Source of the DNA: Promethearchaeota archaeon
GTDB taxonomy: Archaea; Asgardarchaeota; Lokiarchaeia; Sigyniarchaeales; SOKP01
Length of the DNA: 64,000 nucleotides
NCBI GenBank assembly: GCA_030599585.1
Contig: JAUVNS010000002.1
Coordinates: 256,001 to 320,000, forward strand
Direction: 5' to 3'
In this document: positions 28,025 to 37,899 of the stretch, one piece after another
Numbering within the stretch: the stretch's first letter is position 1
Layout of the letters: every line of letters starts with the position of its first letter
Position numbers and translations under genes: made by a program
Notes under the pieces: model-generated
The model's database searches: none
What the model was told of the DNA's origin: nothing
The model's input: the letters and a program-made list of their open reading frames with translations, nothing else

Positions 28025-28660
28025 TTGAACAAAGAGTATTCATTTAATATCAAGCGAAAGAGACCTGAAGATTTATTCAAGAATGTTTCAGATTACTTTA
28101 ATGCAGAAACCCTTACAAATTATGCGGAATCAAAATCTATAATGCGAACGCAAAAAAAAATAGCAATTCGAGCGTTAGAGTTACTAGAACTTCAGAAGAA
28201 TCATTGTTTGATACTTGATGCAGGTTGCGGTCCAGGATTTGCGGCCTTTTATTTAAACCAATTAGGACACAAGACGGTAGCACTTGATTTCATATTAGAT
28301 TTTCTCAAATTTTACGATATTACAGATTTAAATCCAATTCTTGCAGATATGTCTTATACTCCATTCCAACCCAAAATATTTGACGCAATAATTTCCATTT
28401 CGGCTTTACAATGGATTTTTAAAGAAGTTGGTAATAAGATTATGCGTTCAAATCTAATTAGCTTATTTAGATCGTTCTATAATATTTTAAAGCCGAATTC
28501 GAGGGCTGTTATTCAATTTTACCCCAAAAGTAATGTTGTAATGGAAAATATTGGCAAAATTATTAGAGAAACTACTCAATTTAGCGGTACTTTTATTATC
28601 GATAACCCAAATAATCCAAAAAAAAGAAAGATATTTTTGTTATTAGAAAAAAAAATCTAA
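28025..28660 (+). CDS. Bud23/WBSCR22-like SSU rRNA m7G methyltransferase
   Basis: KRPE, IMRTQ..RALELL, LDAGCGPG, FDAIISISALQW, RAVIQFYP, IDNP..KKRK.FL match Bud23 family blocks. Confidence 0.8.
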   Translation: MNKEYSFNIKRKRPEDLFKNVSDYFNAETLTNYAESKSIMRTQKKIAIRALELLELQKNHCLILDAGCGPGFAAFYLNQLGHKTVALDFILDFLKFYDITDLNPILADMSYTPFQPKIFDAIISISALQWIFKEVGNKIMRSNLISLFRSFYNILKPNSRAVIQFYPKSNVVMENIGKIIRETTQFSGTFIIDNPNNPKKRKIFLLLEKKI

Positions 28661-28896
28661 TCACTTTCTTCAATATTCATTAATCTTTATGTGTTACTAC
28701 TATTTACAGAGTGTATGATTATGCTAAATATTATTTATCATAAAAATTATTAAATTATTCATTATTAATGGAAAACTAAACTTCAAGTTAGCTAAAATTT
28801 AAATAAATATAAAATAACTATTTTTTAAAAAAAATCTTTTTATTTTAAATAATATAGATTTAATCTAAAAAAAATATAACAATATTGGAATAAATT

Positions 28897-31800
28897 ATGA
28901 AAAAAATATCTTATTTCACAACAAAAAAATCGAAGAAAACAATCTTACTACTATTACTTGTTAGTTCAATTACTTTTCTATCTATTTTTTCAAACCATTT
29001 TAATAATCCAGGGTTTTATAACTCTGATCCTACAATTGAAAATGACAATATGTATAATCGAATTCCACAATCTAGTGATATTGGTAATGACGAGTGGTGG
29101 AATGTTGATTTTGAATATAGAACTCTTTTAAACATTACAAATCTCGGTTCTGATGTGTTTATTGATAATATCGGTGTTTCAATTAATTTTAATTACTCTA
29201 AATTAGTAAATGAAGGAAAGATGAATTCAAGCCTAAAAGATTTAAGAATAATTGAAAACGGTATTTTAAGGAATTATTACATACAAAAAGATTATCCTGT
29301 TGTAGGAAACGCAACCATTTGGTTTAAATGCAATGTTTCTGCTGAAGTTAGTGATTATGACACCTATATGTATTATGGAAATAATTCTGTTGACTTTGCC
29401 AATAAATATCTATTGGAACAGAACCCTATGGGGGTTATGTGGTTTAGCTTTGATGAAGGAATAGGAAATACTGTGACGGATTCAAATGATGGTGGAGGAT
29501 ATACAGTGACAAATGGAGCAAATTGGGTTTCTGGAAAAGTAGGCTCATATTGTCTTGATTTTCAACACGCTCAAGGCGATTGGATAAATCTTGGAGATCT
29601 TTCAAAACTTAAAATTACAGGAAATCAAACTATAGCTATGTGGATGGCTCCAGATACTTTATATAATCGTCAAAATCCATATGGAAAAGCTTATGGTGGA
29701 GAAGGTACTATAACTTTAGAAACTTCTGGTTCATTAAGTTATTATTATGGGCAAGGAGGGGGAAATACCAATCCATATCAAGGTTTTGGTTCAGGATCCG
29801 GGACAGTAAGTACTGGCGTCTGGCAACATGTAGCAATAGTTCGTGATCTAACTAATAATCAACTCTATTGGTATAAGGATGGAAATATTCAAAGTTCAGG
29901 AGCAGCAATTTATAGCCCTGCGTCGATATCTACTTTATCTGCAACAATTGGAGATAATTATGTCAATTATTTTGATGGTCGACTAGATGATATAAGAATT
30001 TTCGATAGAGCTCTTTCATATGATGATATGCAATGGATATATAACTTTAATTACTCCATTGATGCCTCTTTATTACAGGAAAATGAACAGGGCGCAAAAG
30101 TAGATATAGTTGTTAGGGATGTTGACGGAAGAGCTATTCCTAATGCAACAGTCTTTTTGCATAACGAAACCAGCATACTATATAATAAAACAACAAATCA
30201 CGTTGGAGTTGCTTCCTTTTCCATTATTCCTTATGATTTTTATAATATCACTGTTAATTTTTCATTATCTTTAGGTGCAGAAGCGATTGTATATAATAGC
30301 AGTATCACCGGCGAAATCATTGAATTTAAGGGATTACAGGAGACTAAGAATTTATATGTCAACCTTACAACTATAGATTTTGAAATAGATGATTATGATG
30401 AAGATCCTATGAATTTAGGACATGTAAATATAAGTTTAACCCCAAGTGGACAAGTTATAGAAACATTGACCCTTGATTCAGATGGGAAAGCAACTTTTCA
30501 ATGGTTGAATGGAAGTACCTATTATTACAAAGTGTTTTACGATAATGTCGAATATTTCAAACAATATACCTTATTAAACTCTAGTTCTATAGAACGGAAA
30601 GATTTATTCAATGAAACAATAATACTAGCAAATCAAACAGCTTCAGCTTTAGGAAATAATTTTATTATTGATGAAAAAGTGTATGGTTATGAATCGAGTC
30701 AAGGCTCCATAGGTAAAACTAGAATTGTCAAAGCAAATATTATACTTAGAAATATGACAGATTACATGACTGCTTTAAGCGTTTATTATGTTGATTCTCA
30801 AGGCGGTTATGAAGGTACGGATCATCTAATCTATAATAAAGATTATTCAGGTAATATCGAAGAGGATGATATACAACTATTTGTGTCTGATAATTATTCA
30901 GCCTATGGGCTAAGAATAATTGTTCAAGGATACGATGCCTCCCACATAAGTAACGGCACTATTACGGTAAATATGACTCAAACGACACATCAATATATTA
31001 AAACAGATATGAGTAAGATGTCAATTAAAGTAATTGATCAAAGTGCTGGCCACCCCCCTATCTCTGGAGTGTTTGTGCATATATACAATGGATCAACCAA
31101 AAATTCTAATTCTGTTGTAAATTTAACTACTTCTTCATACGGTTATGCTTATGACGATACATTCAACATGTCATTTTGGTATATTCAAGATGTTTATAAC
31201 TTTACATTTGAATTTTTCAGCGATATAAAAACATTTGATGTTAATTATACGGATCCTGTGCAATGGTATGCCACAAATGTAGAAGTATACAACTATACCC
31301 TCTATCAAGCATCAACAATTTTTATAGAGCTAAAAATTGATACGAGCAATTTTATGACCAATTTTTCCTATTATCAGGGGGATTTTGATGCAATATGGGG
31401 AGAAAACATTTCTTACCAGATTAATTTCACATATACTACTAATGGTATTAATTGGATTGATTTAACTGATCCAGATGAAGTTTTATGTGAGGTTTATTTA
31501 TGGAGTGCACAACCACAGTTGCTTTATTCAATGGATATGGTTCATCAAGGTAACGGTAATTTCGCAATAACAATAAATTCAAGCATTTTTTCCGCTGGAA
31601 CTGATAGTGTTTCATATATCGTAAAGATCTCAGGTCTTAAGAAAGGGTATAGCGATCCATTTCCTGTATATTTTCCTATAACTATAAACACACTTCCTAC
31701 GGCTTTAACTTTCCATAACTACTCGAATCCAACTCAAATTCTATCTCAGTTTTCAGAGTATTATAATGAAGTTTTTAATATAACAGTAAAGTATCGAGAT

Positions 31801-33003
31801 ACAGATAATGACAATCCCTTGTATGGAGTTGACATTACATACGTATGGGATTATGGGTTTGGAGCTGTATTACAAGACCCAAGAATGGGTTATGAGCAGT
31901 ACTATACAATTGAAATTAATTCGTCATTGGTAAGCAATACGGGATTATATAAATTTTATTTTTCAGCTGAACTAGAGAATCACACCAAGATTGATAATTT
32001 TCTCGTAAACATTTTTGTGTTGGAAAGACCAACTTTGCTAAATACGAGCTCGAGTGTAATGTATGTCACCCAAAATATCTACGTACAAGAAGCGTATAAC
32101 TTCACTTTTGAATTTATTGACCTTTTGACTTCAAATCTTATAGAAAGCGCTGACGAAATGAGCTTTACCTTGCAGAAATTCGACGATAATGGAGCTCCCA
32201 TTTCAGGAGAATCAATTTCAGGAACTTTATTAGAGACTATTAATCATAGATATGTTCTGGATCTTAATACAGAAACGCTTGTTTACGGAGAATATTCGGT
32301 TATTGTTACGCTTAACAAAGAGAATTACGATTTTAAAGTAGCAATAGTTTCATTAACCATAAACAAAAGAGTATTTACAGATTTATTATCAATAGATACT
32401 TTTACGGAGATTGATTCGGGCGGAAGATTAACATTCACTGTTACTCTTACTGACCCTAATAACAACTCAGTCCCAGTTATCGGTGCTACTCTTTACTTTA
32501 CTATACAGAGTAATAATGAGTCCCTTACTGATAATGGAGATGGTACTTATTCGTTAGATCTTGATCCTATAGCAGAGCCATTCTTTTTACCCGAGACTTT
32601 AAGTGGAACTTTGACGATCGAGAAAGCCAATTTTATGACTAAAGAAATTTCAATTACTATAACTGTTAAAATGACTGAAATATTCGGATTTCCGATGTTC
32701 TATTTCGTAATGATTGTAGGCGCTATTATAGCTGTTGTTGGGAGTCTGGTTGCTTATAGAATGATTCAACAAGCAAGAATTCCGACTTTTGTAAAGAAAG
32801 TTAGAGAAATGAGCAAAAACATAAAGGGGAGAAAATCTATTTCAGACTCTCTTTTATATCCTTCGAAAGAGGAGTTCATTGTAAAGAAACTTGGAGACAG
32901 ATGGGAAGTACTTGGTTTATCTCTGGATGATATTTTAGGACTTGATGCAAAAAGAAAAAAGAAATTACCAGAAACAACTGATTTTGAAGGAGGTAAGATG
33001 TAA
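28897..33003 (+). CDS. 1368-aa single-pass surface glycoprotein: DUF2341-like + LamG/ConA + Ig-like repeats + C-terminal TM and cytoplasmic tail
   Basis: N-terminal signal/TM; WWN..FEYR..ITN, DLRI, YMYYGN; WFSFDEG, WQHVAIV, GRLDDIRIFDRALS; many NxS/T sequons; TM near residues 1265-1290. Confidence 0.85.
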   Translation: MKKISYFTTKKSKKTILLLLLVSSITFLSIFSNHFNNPGFYNSDPTIENDNMYNRIPQSSDIGNDEWWNVDFEYRTLLNITNLGSDVFIDNIGVSINFNYSKLVNEGKMNSSLKDLRIIENGILRNYYIQKDYPVVGNATIWFKCNVSAEVSDYDTYMYYGNNSVDFANKYLLEQNPMGVMWFSFDEGIGNTVTDSNDGGGYTVTNGANWVSGKVGSYCLDFQHAQGDWINLGDLSKLKITGNQTIAMWMAPDTLYNRQNPYGKAYGGEGTITLETSGSLSYYYGQGGGNTNPYQGFGSGSGTVSTGVWQHVAIVRDLTNNQLYWYKDGNIQSSGAAIYSPASISTLSATIGDNYVNYFDGRLDDIRIFDRALSYDDMQWIYNFNYSIDASLLQENEQGAKVDIVVRDVDGRAIPNATVFLHNETSILYNKTTNHVGVASFSIIPYDFYNITVNFSLSLGAEAIVYNSSITGEIIEFKGLQETKNLYVNLTTIDFEIDDYDEDPMNLGHVNISLTPSGQVIETLTLDSDGKATFQWLNGSTYYYKVFYDNVEYFKQYTLLNSSSIERKDLFNETIILANQTASALGNNFIIDEKVYGYESSQGSIGKTRIVKANIILRNMTDYMTALSVYYVDSQGGYEGTDHLIYNKDYSGNIEEDDIQLFVSDNYSAYGLRIIVQGYDASHISNGTITVNMTQTTHQYIKTDMSKMSIKVIDQSAGHPPISGVFVHIYNGSTKNSNSVVNLTTSSYGYAYDDTFNMSFWYIQDVYNFTFEFFSDIKTFDVNYTDPVQWYATNVEVYNYTLYQASTIFIELKIDTSNFMTNFSYYQGDFDAIWGENISYQINFTYTTNGINWIDLTDPDEVLCEVYLWSAQPQLLYSMDMVHQGNGNFAITINSSIFSAGTDSVSYIVKISGLKKGYSDPFPVYFPITINTLPTALTFHNYSNPTQILSQFSEYYNEVFNITVKYRDTDNDNPLYGVDITYVWDYGFGAVLQDPRMGYEQYYTIEINSSLVSNTGLYKFYFSAELENHTKIDNFLVNIFVLERPTLLNTSSSVMYVTQNIYVQEAYNFTFEFIDLLTSNLIESADEMSFTLQKFDDNGAPISGESISGTLLETINHRYVLDLNTETLVYGEYSVIVTLNKENYDFKVAIVSLTINKRVFTDLLSIDTFTEIDSGGRLTFTVTLTDPNNNSVPVIGATLYFTIQSNNESLTDNGDGTYSLDLDPIAEPFFLPETLSGTLTIEKANFMTKEISITITVKMTEIFGFPMFYFVMIVGAIIAVVGSLVAYRMIQQARIPTFVKKVREMSKNIKGRKSISDSLLYPSKEEFIVKKLGDRWEVLGLSLDDILGLDAKRKKKLPETTDFEGGKM

Positions 33004-33005
33004 AA

Positions 33006-34106
33006 ATGCCAGTCGGATTAGTAGTAATGAGATGGGACGAGAGAGTTGGTACGGAAATCTTAGCAAAATATCCCGAAGAGATCGTAATCACAGATAAAAC
33101 ACTTATGCAAGTATACAGTACACACGAGTATAGTGGAGAGTCTGGGATGATAAGTCTAATGGTAGGATCGTTAAACATTGCATCCTACTACACAGGACCC
33201 GAAAAAGGATATTATGTACTTATGCTTTTGAACCTTGACGACGACCCTGATGCGTACGAAGGTGGATTGGCTGATGCGTCTAGAATAATCTTACAAAATC
33301 TTGAAGATGACGCCTATCTGAGTATGATCCCTTCGCTATTTAGGAGATTGTCTGTGTATCCTACGTTGAATAACGAACAACAATTGGCAATGACCTACCA
33401 AGACGAGATAAAAAGGATGATTATCAATCGCTTACGAGAAGAGGGCGCAGTTTCGAAATCAGAATTAATGGTATGGTTAAAAGATAGATACAAACAAGGA
33501 TTCGTCGATTTAGAAAGCGTCTTGATTGAATTGATTAAGCGGGAATTAATAAAGGAAACGTCAGTAAAAGGAATGCCATCAGAATTAATTTTTCTAACGA
33601 ACGACATTTTAATGTTACGAGTTCCCCCAGTTCAACTGCTCAAGGATCCTGCTGATAGAGGGTTGCCTTCGCAATTAGCGTCGGATTATAGGACTGAAAC
33701 TAAGAAGTTCTTTCAAAACTATAAACCATCAGATCAGGATAATCTCAGAGTGATTGAAATCATAATCAATCCTCAAGTCTACGAAACACTGCGTTTATTG
33801 CGAACAGCCATTGTCACCAAGAACGATCTTGAGAAACTGAAAAAGAAGGGCGTCGATGATATAGATGAAGTACTGAAAATGCTATGGGAGAGTCAGATGA
33901 TTCAGGTGTTCCAGGACGATAAAAGCAACGAATATTACGCATTGTTATCAGATTTTTATGTGGACAAAATATTTCCTAAGTACTTGTTGAATATCATAAA
34001 GGCAGAATACGATAAAAAATCTAAAGCGGATCAAGTTTTATTAGAATACTTAACTGTGCTGGAGAATACTTATATCAACTTAAAAACTGCAGTAAAAGCT
34101 GAATAA
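33006..34106 (+). CDS. longin/uDENN-like N-terminal domain plus two winged-helix-like domains
   Basis: GLVVMRWDERVGTEILAKYP (uDENN/longin-like start); SKSELMVWL..LIKRELI and TKNDL..LWESQMIQ WH-like patterns; starts 2 nt after the upstream stop. Confidence 0.65.
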   Translation: MPVGLVVMRWDERVGTEILAKYPEEIVITDKTLMQVYSTHEYSGESGMISLMVGSLNIASYYTGPEKGYYVLMLLNLDDDPDAYEGGLADASRIILQNLEDDAYLSMIPSLFRRLSVYPTLNNEQQLAMTYQDEIKRMIINRLREEGAVSKSELMVWLKDRYKQGFVDLESVLIELIKRELIKETSVKGMPSELIFLTNDILMLRVPPVQLLKDPADRGLPSQLASDYRTETKKFFQNYKPSDQDNLRVIEIIINPQVYETLRLLRTAIVTKNDLEKLKKKGVDDIDEVLKMLWESQMIQVFQDDKSNEYYALLSDFYVDKIFPKYLLNIIKAEYDKKSKADQVLLEYLTVLENTYINLKTAVKAE

Positions 34107-34117
34107 TAAATCTTAAC

Positions 34118-34152
34118 TTTTTTTTATTTTATTTTTTTGTTTTGTTTTTTTT
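34118..34152 (+). terminator. long oligo-T terminator tract
   Basis: About 35-nt T-rich run after TAA 34106. Confidence 0.55.
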
Positions 34153-34214
34153 ATATCTATTTGGAGAACAAATACATTTTTCAATATTCTAATATTACTT
34201 TCTTCGATATAATT

Positions 34215-35552
34215 ATGGCACCCGAAGAAGAATTATTTGAAAGTTGTAAACAATATTTGGACACTCCAGAGGCAATTGGTTTAGATGGTATTGATTTGGA
34301 GAAGTATATTATCGCGTCTTATACAATTAAGCGCCCTAAAGGAATGAACGTGAATTATTTATCCCGATTTGCCGCAATTGAACAATCTACAGGAACTTGG
34401 GTCAGAGTACCTGCAGAAACGGAGGAAGTACGAAAGAAGCATGTCGCACGAGTACTTGGAGTCTACGAACTGCCTCACTTAGAATATATTATACCCAAAG
34501 ATGTTAAGGAGAGAATTTATTTCGTTCAAATAGGTTTCCCTATAGTGAATATTAAAGGATGTGGTATTCCAATGCTACTAACATCAGTTATTGGAAATAT
34601 CAGTATTACGCACGGACTAAAATTAGTAGATCTCGCATTTCCAAAAGACTATTTAAAGGAATTCAAAGGTCCAAAATTCGGAATTGACGGTCTCCGAAAA
34701 CTCTTGAAAATACCCGAACGGCCTTTACTAAACAATATGGTAAAGCCATGTACGGGACACACTGCAGATGTAGCTGCTGATTTAGTTTATAAAGCTGCAG
34801 TAGGGGGTTGCGATGTTGTCAAAGATGACGAATTGATTTCAAATCCATCCTTCAATACTTTAGAAGATAGAATAGTTAAAGTTATGGAAGCAGTCGATAG
34901 AGCAGATTCTGAAAAAGGAGAAAAAACACTATATACAATTAACATAACAGGTAAATTTCCAGAGATGTTTGAATACGCTGATAAAATGATCGAGTTAGGC
35001 GCAAACGCACTTATGATAAATTATCTCACTGCAGGTTTTGAAGCTATGAGAGCCATTGCCGAGGACCCTTCTATAAAAGTACCGATTTTAGGTCACATGG
35101 ATTTTGCTGGCGCCTATTTTGGTGGTCACTGGACCGGGTTAACAAGTATGATAACTCTTGGAAAATTCCCGAGGATGTGTGGAGCGGACACAGTTGTAAT
35201 TCCAGCACCTTATGGAAAAGCAGAGATTTTAGACGAACGATACGAGCAAAACTTAAAAGTCCTAAGATACCCATTCCAACATATAAAACCTACGCTACCT
35301 ATGCCTAGTGGTGGTATTACGCAAGGTATGGTTGAAAAAACTATGAAAGAAGCAGGAAAGGATATTCTTATAGGAAGTGGTGGTGGAATTCATAGTCATC
35401 CAGATGGACCAACTGCGGGCGCGAAAGCATTTAGACAAGCGATTCATGCTGTAATGAATGGGATCGCCGTTAAACAGTATGCTAAAGACCATGAAGAATT
35501 AGGTAAAGCTCTTGGAGTATGGGGTACAGGAAAAACAGCTCTAATTGAATAA
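34215..35552 (+). CDS. RuBisCO-like protein (form IV RLP)
   Basis: EQSTGTW, FKGPKFG, KPCTG, DVVKDDE, PSGG, GGGIHSHPDG; K177, R295 and H327 equivalents substituted; ATG 34215 preferred over the TTG inside the T-tract. Confidence 0.88.
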   Translation: MAPEEELFESCKQYLDTPEAIGLDGIDLEKYIIASYTIKRPKGMNVNYLSRFAAIEQSTGTWVRVPAETEEVRKKHVARVLGVYELPHLEYIIPKDVKERIYFVQIGFPIVNIKGCGIPMLLTSVIGNISITHGLKLVDLAFPKDYLKEFKGPKFGIDGLRKLLKIPERPLLNNMVKPCTGHTADVAADLVYKAAVGGCDVVKDDELISNPSFNTLEDRIVKVMEAVDRADSEKGEKTLYTINITGKFPEMFEYADKMIELGANALMINYLTAGFEAMRAIAEDPSIKVPILGHMDFAGAYFGGHWTGLTSMITLGKFPRMCGADTVVIPAPYGKAEILDERYEQNLKVLRYPFQHIKPTLPMPSGGITQGMVEKTMKEAGKDILIGSGGGIHSHPDGPTAGAKAFRQAIHAVMNGIAVKQYAKDHEELGKALGVWGTGKTALIE

Positions 35553-35587
35553 TTTTTTATTTTTTTATTTATTATCCTCAAAGCGAT

Positions 35588-36544
35588 TTATTGAATATAT
35601 CTATTCAACAGAACTCTACAATATGGGTTAAAATCTTTATTTTTAACACTTTTACTTATATCATTCCCACAAAGATCTACAAATTGAAGATTTGTAAGCT
35701 GATTAATATACTTTAAATTTTTTAGGTCACTAATCTGATTATTAGGTAAAACCAAATGTGTCAGATTCGCTAGTTCATTTATTCCCTCCAAATCCCCAAT
35801 TTGGTTATTTGATAAGTCTAAGGTTTTTAATTGCTTTAAATTGCTTAAACCGGTTATTTGAGAGAGGCTACGAATGTTGTTCTTCCACCCCCATGGCGTT
35901 CCTTTTACTTCAAATTCAAGATAATCGGATAGATCTAATTTATCTATCAATAATAGTTTTTCATCTAATTCGAAATAAGCATTAGGGATTTCTTCGATTA
36001 AATTTTTAATGGTTAAGAAATTGATGAGAATTGCTGCGAGTTGTTTGGGAGATAATTTGTTGATTAAGTTTCTCTTGAAATATGATTTTAACGCTTTACG
36101 ATATTTTTTATTCCCAAACCCTTTGTCAACATTGAGATATTTTATATCTCTAATTTTTCTTACTTGTTCAAGTAAAATAAACTTCGCTTCGCTTGTTTGT
36201 ATCTTAACTAGTGAATTTACTACTGTTACTAAACAATGGTAGGAAGTTTCGTGCTGGATAACCCATAGAAATACGGGAAGACTGATTTCAAGAAAATTAG
36301 TGCTAACATACTTTGCCGCAGCATTTCTTATAATTTCACTAGAGTCTGAAATAAGTAAGTTTTCAAAGAACTCAAACAAGGTTTTAGTTTTAATTTTTAA
36401 CGCATTAAGAACGTTAATGGCTTCCAATCTGAAATTTTCTTCGTCGTAATTTTCAATTATGGAGGTTAACAGTTTCGTTGCTGTAGATTTATCTATGGAA
36501 CTATTGTTATAATTTTCTAGCACGGTTTGAGGATTTAAAATCAT
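35588..36544 (-). CDS. HEAT-repeat + leucine-rich-repeat protein (short, SDS22-like LRRs)
   Basis: FENLLISDSSEIIRNAAA; LKTLDLSNNQI, LTHLVLPNNQI, LQFVDLCGNDI. Confidence 0.85.
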   Translation of the reverse strand: MILNPQTVLENYNNSSIDKSTATKLLTSIIENYDEENFRLEAINVLNALKIKTKTLFEFFENLLISDSSEIIRNAAAKYVSTNFLEISLPVFLWVIQHETSYHCLVTVVNSLVKIQTSEAKFILLEQVRKIRDIKYLNVDKGFGNKKYRKALKSYFKRNLINKLSPKQLAAILINFLTIKNLIEEIPNAYFELDEKLLLIDKLDLSDYLEFEVKGTPWGWKNNIRSLSQITGLSNLKQLKTLDLSNNQIGDLEGINELANLTHLVLPNNQISDLKNLKYINQLTNLQFVDLCGNDISKSVKNKDFNPYCRVLLNRYIQ

Positions 36545-36617
36545 GATGAGTGTAATTCGATATAATTAACTTCGCATTTAGGTGATTAAAAATTCTAGAT
36601 TTAAAAATAATATTTTG

Positions 36618-37796
36618 TTAACTAAATTTACGTTCTACTACATTTTTTATTAAATCCTTGAGTTGAGATTTTAATTTATTAAAAGGTCTCAAATTACCTG
36701 AAAATGGTGTATCTACCCCATTATTCAATATTGGCTCTAGTTGAGTTTCTAAAATGTCGATTTTCTTTAAATTTCCTTCGCTCAAACATGAAAGGAAATA
36801 ATCATTTCTGTATTTTTTAAAAGTTAAAAAGCGATAATTCTGGAAACCTAATTTTACAGCTATCCATCGGGGGTAAGCGCCGGTGTTTCCTAACGTGTTT
36901 GCCGCAATTGCTTCTACTTTTGCTGTAAGCAGTGATTCTTTCATTTCAAATTCTTCCGCTTGATCTTCAAATTCACCGGGAACTTTTACATTCAGCCTAT
37001 CTTCATCATCAAGTAAGAGGGAAATTACACCAATAGACATTGATGACAATCCAACATAATCTAATCGTAACCAATCCTCCACGTAAGGGATTTCTTGATC
37101 TGAAAATACATCCTGTAATTGTAAATATTCGTTTAATATGAACAGTAAATTACCTTTAAACTTTTTTTCTAGATCATACTTATCGAGATTACTTAAGTTA
37201 CTAATATCTTTATGTCGTATTACATCCGAAAAGTATTTAGCCATTTGCTCAAGAACCCATTTTCCTTTTTTATCGGGGAACTTGCCGTAGATTACGTAAA
37301 TAATCTTATTCTTCTCAAAGAACTGGCATTTTTCCTCTTCGTTATTTTCAGACTTAAGAAGCATTTTATCGAGATCTCCACCTAAAATACTAGTAGCGAT
37401 GAAATCTAAATTATTTGTCAATTCCAATAAATAGAGCCACTTAATATTGCTGGCAAATAGTTGAGTCCTATCTGTTGTCGTTATTCCGCAAAACTTTAGA
37501 TATTCATTATCTCCCTTTAAATTAATAATATCTTGGTTCAATGAAATATTTTTATCCTTTACTTTTTTTCTCACACCTGGTAATTTTTTTGCAGCGGTTT
37601 CCTTTTTAGGTACGAATTCTTGTGGAGTGGGTTTTTTAATTTCCGCATTGGTTGATTTTCCATATTGGAAGATATCAGCTAAAAATGTTCCACATCTAGG
37701 GCAAAGTTTGTCTTTTGGAAAAGGTTTTACGATCTTATATCCACAATTTTCACACTTAATACTATCGTCCCTTGGGTTAAAAAAAGGATTTGGAAT
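36618..37796 (-). CDS. Zn-ribbon + linker + tandem longin/roadblock-like domains (proposed ATT start)
   Basis: In-frame CENC...CPRC lies upstream of the track GTG (37574); frame is open back to TGA 37799-37797; alpha/beta pattern in the C-terminal part. Confidence 0.65.
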   Translation of the reverse strand: MPNPFFNPRDDSIKCENCGYKIVKPFPKDKLCPRCGTFLADIFQYGKSTNAEIKKPTPQEFVPKKETAAKKLPGVRKKVKDKNISLNQDIINLKGDNEYLKFCGITTTDRTQLFASNIKWLYLLELTNNLDFIATSILGGDLDKMLLKSENNEEEKCQFFEKNKIIYVIYGKFPDKKGKWVLEQMAKYFSDVIRHKDISNLSNLDKYDLEKKFKGNLLFILNEYLQLQDVFSDQEIPYVEDWLRLDYVGLSSMSIGVISLLLDDEDRLNVKVPGEFEDQAEEFEMKESLLTAKVEAIAANTLGNTGAYPRWIAVKLGFQNYRFLTFKKYRNDYFLSCLSEGNLKKIDILETQLEPILNNGVDTPFSGNLRPFNKLKSQLKDLIKNVVERKFS

Positions 37797-37899
37797 TCAA
37801 AACCAACTCGAGAAAATTTCTAATATGATATGGATTATTAAACCTAATAAATAATTATTGCGTGAAATAAATAAAAAATTTTGCAAATACATCAAAACA

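Noticed and set aside
34137-35552. Bona fide form III RuBisCO; TTG start at 34137
   Set aside because: Several catalytic residues are substituted, and the upstream extension is translated terminator T-tract.
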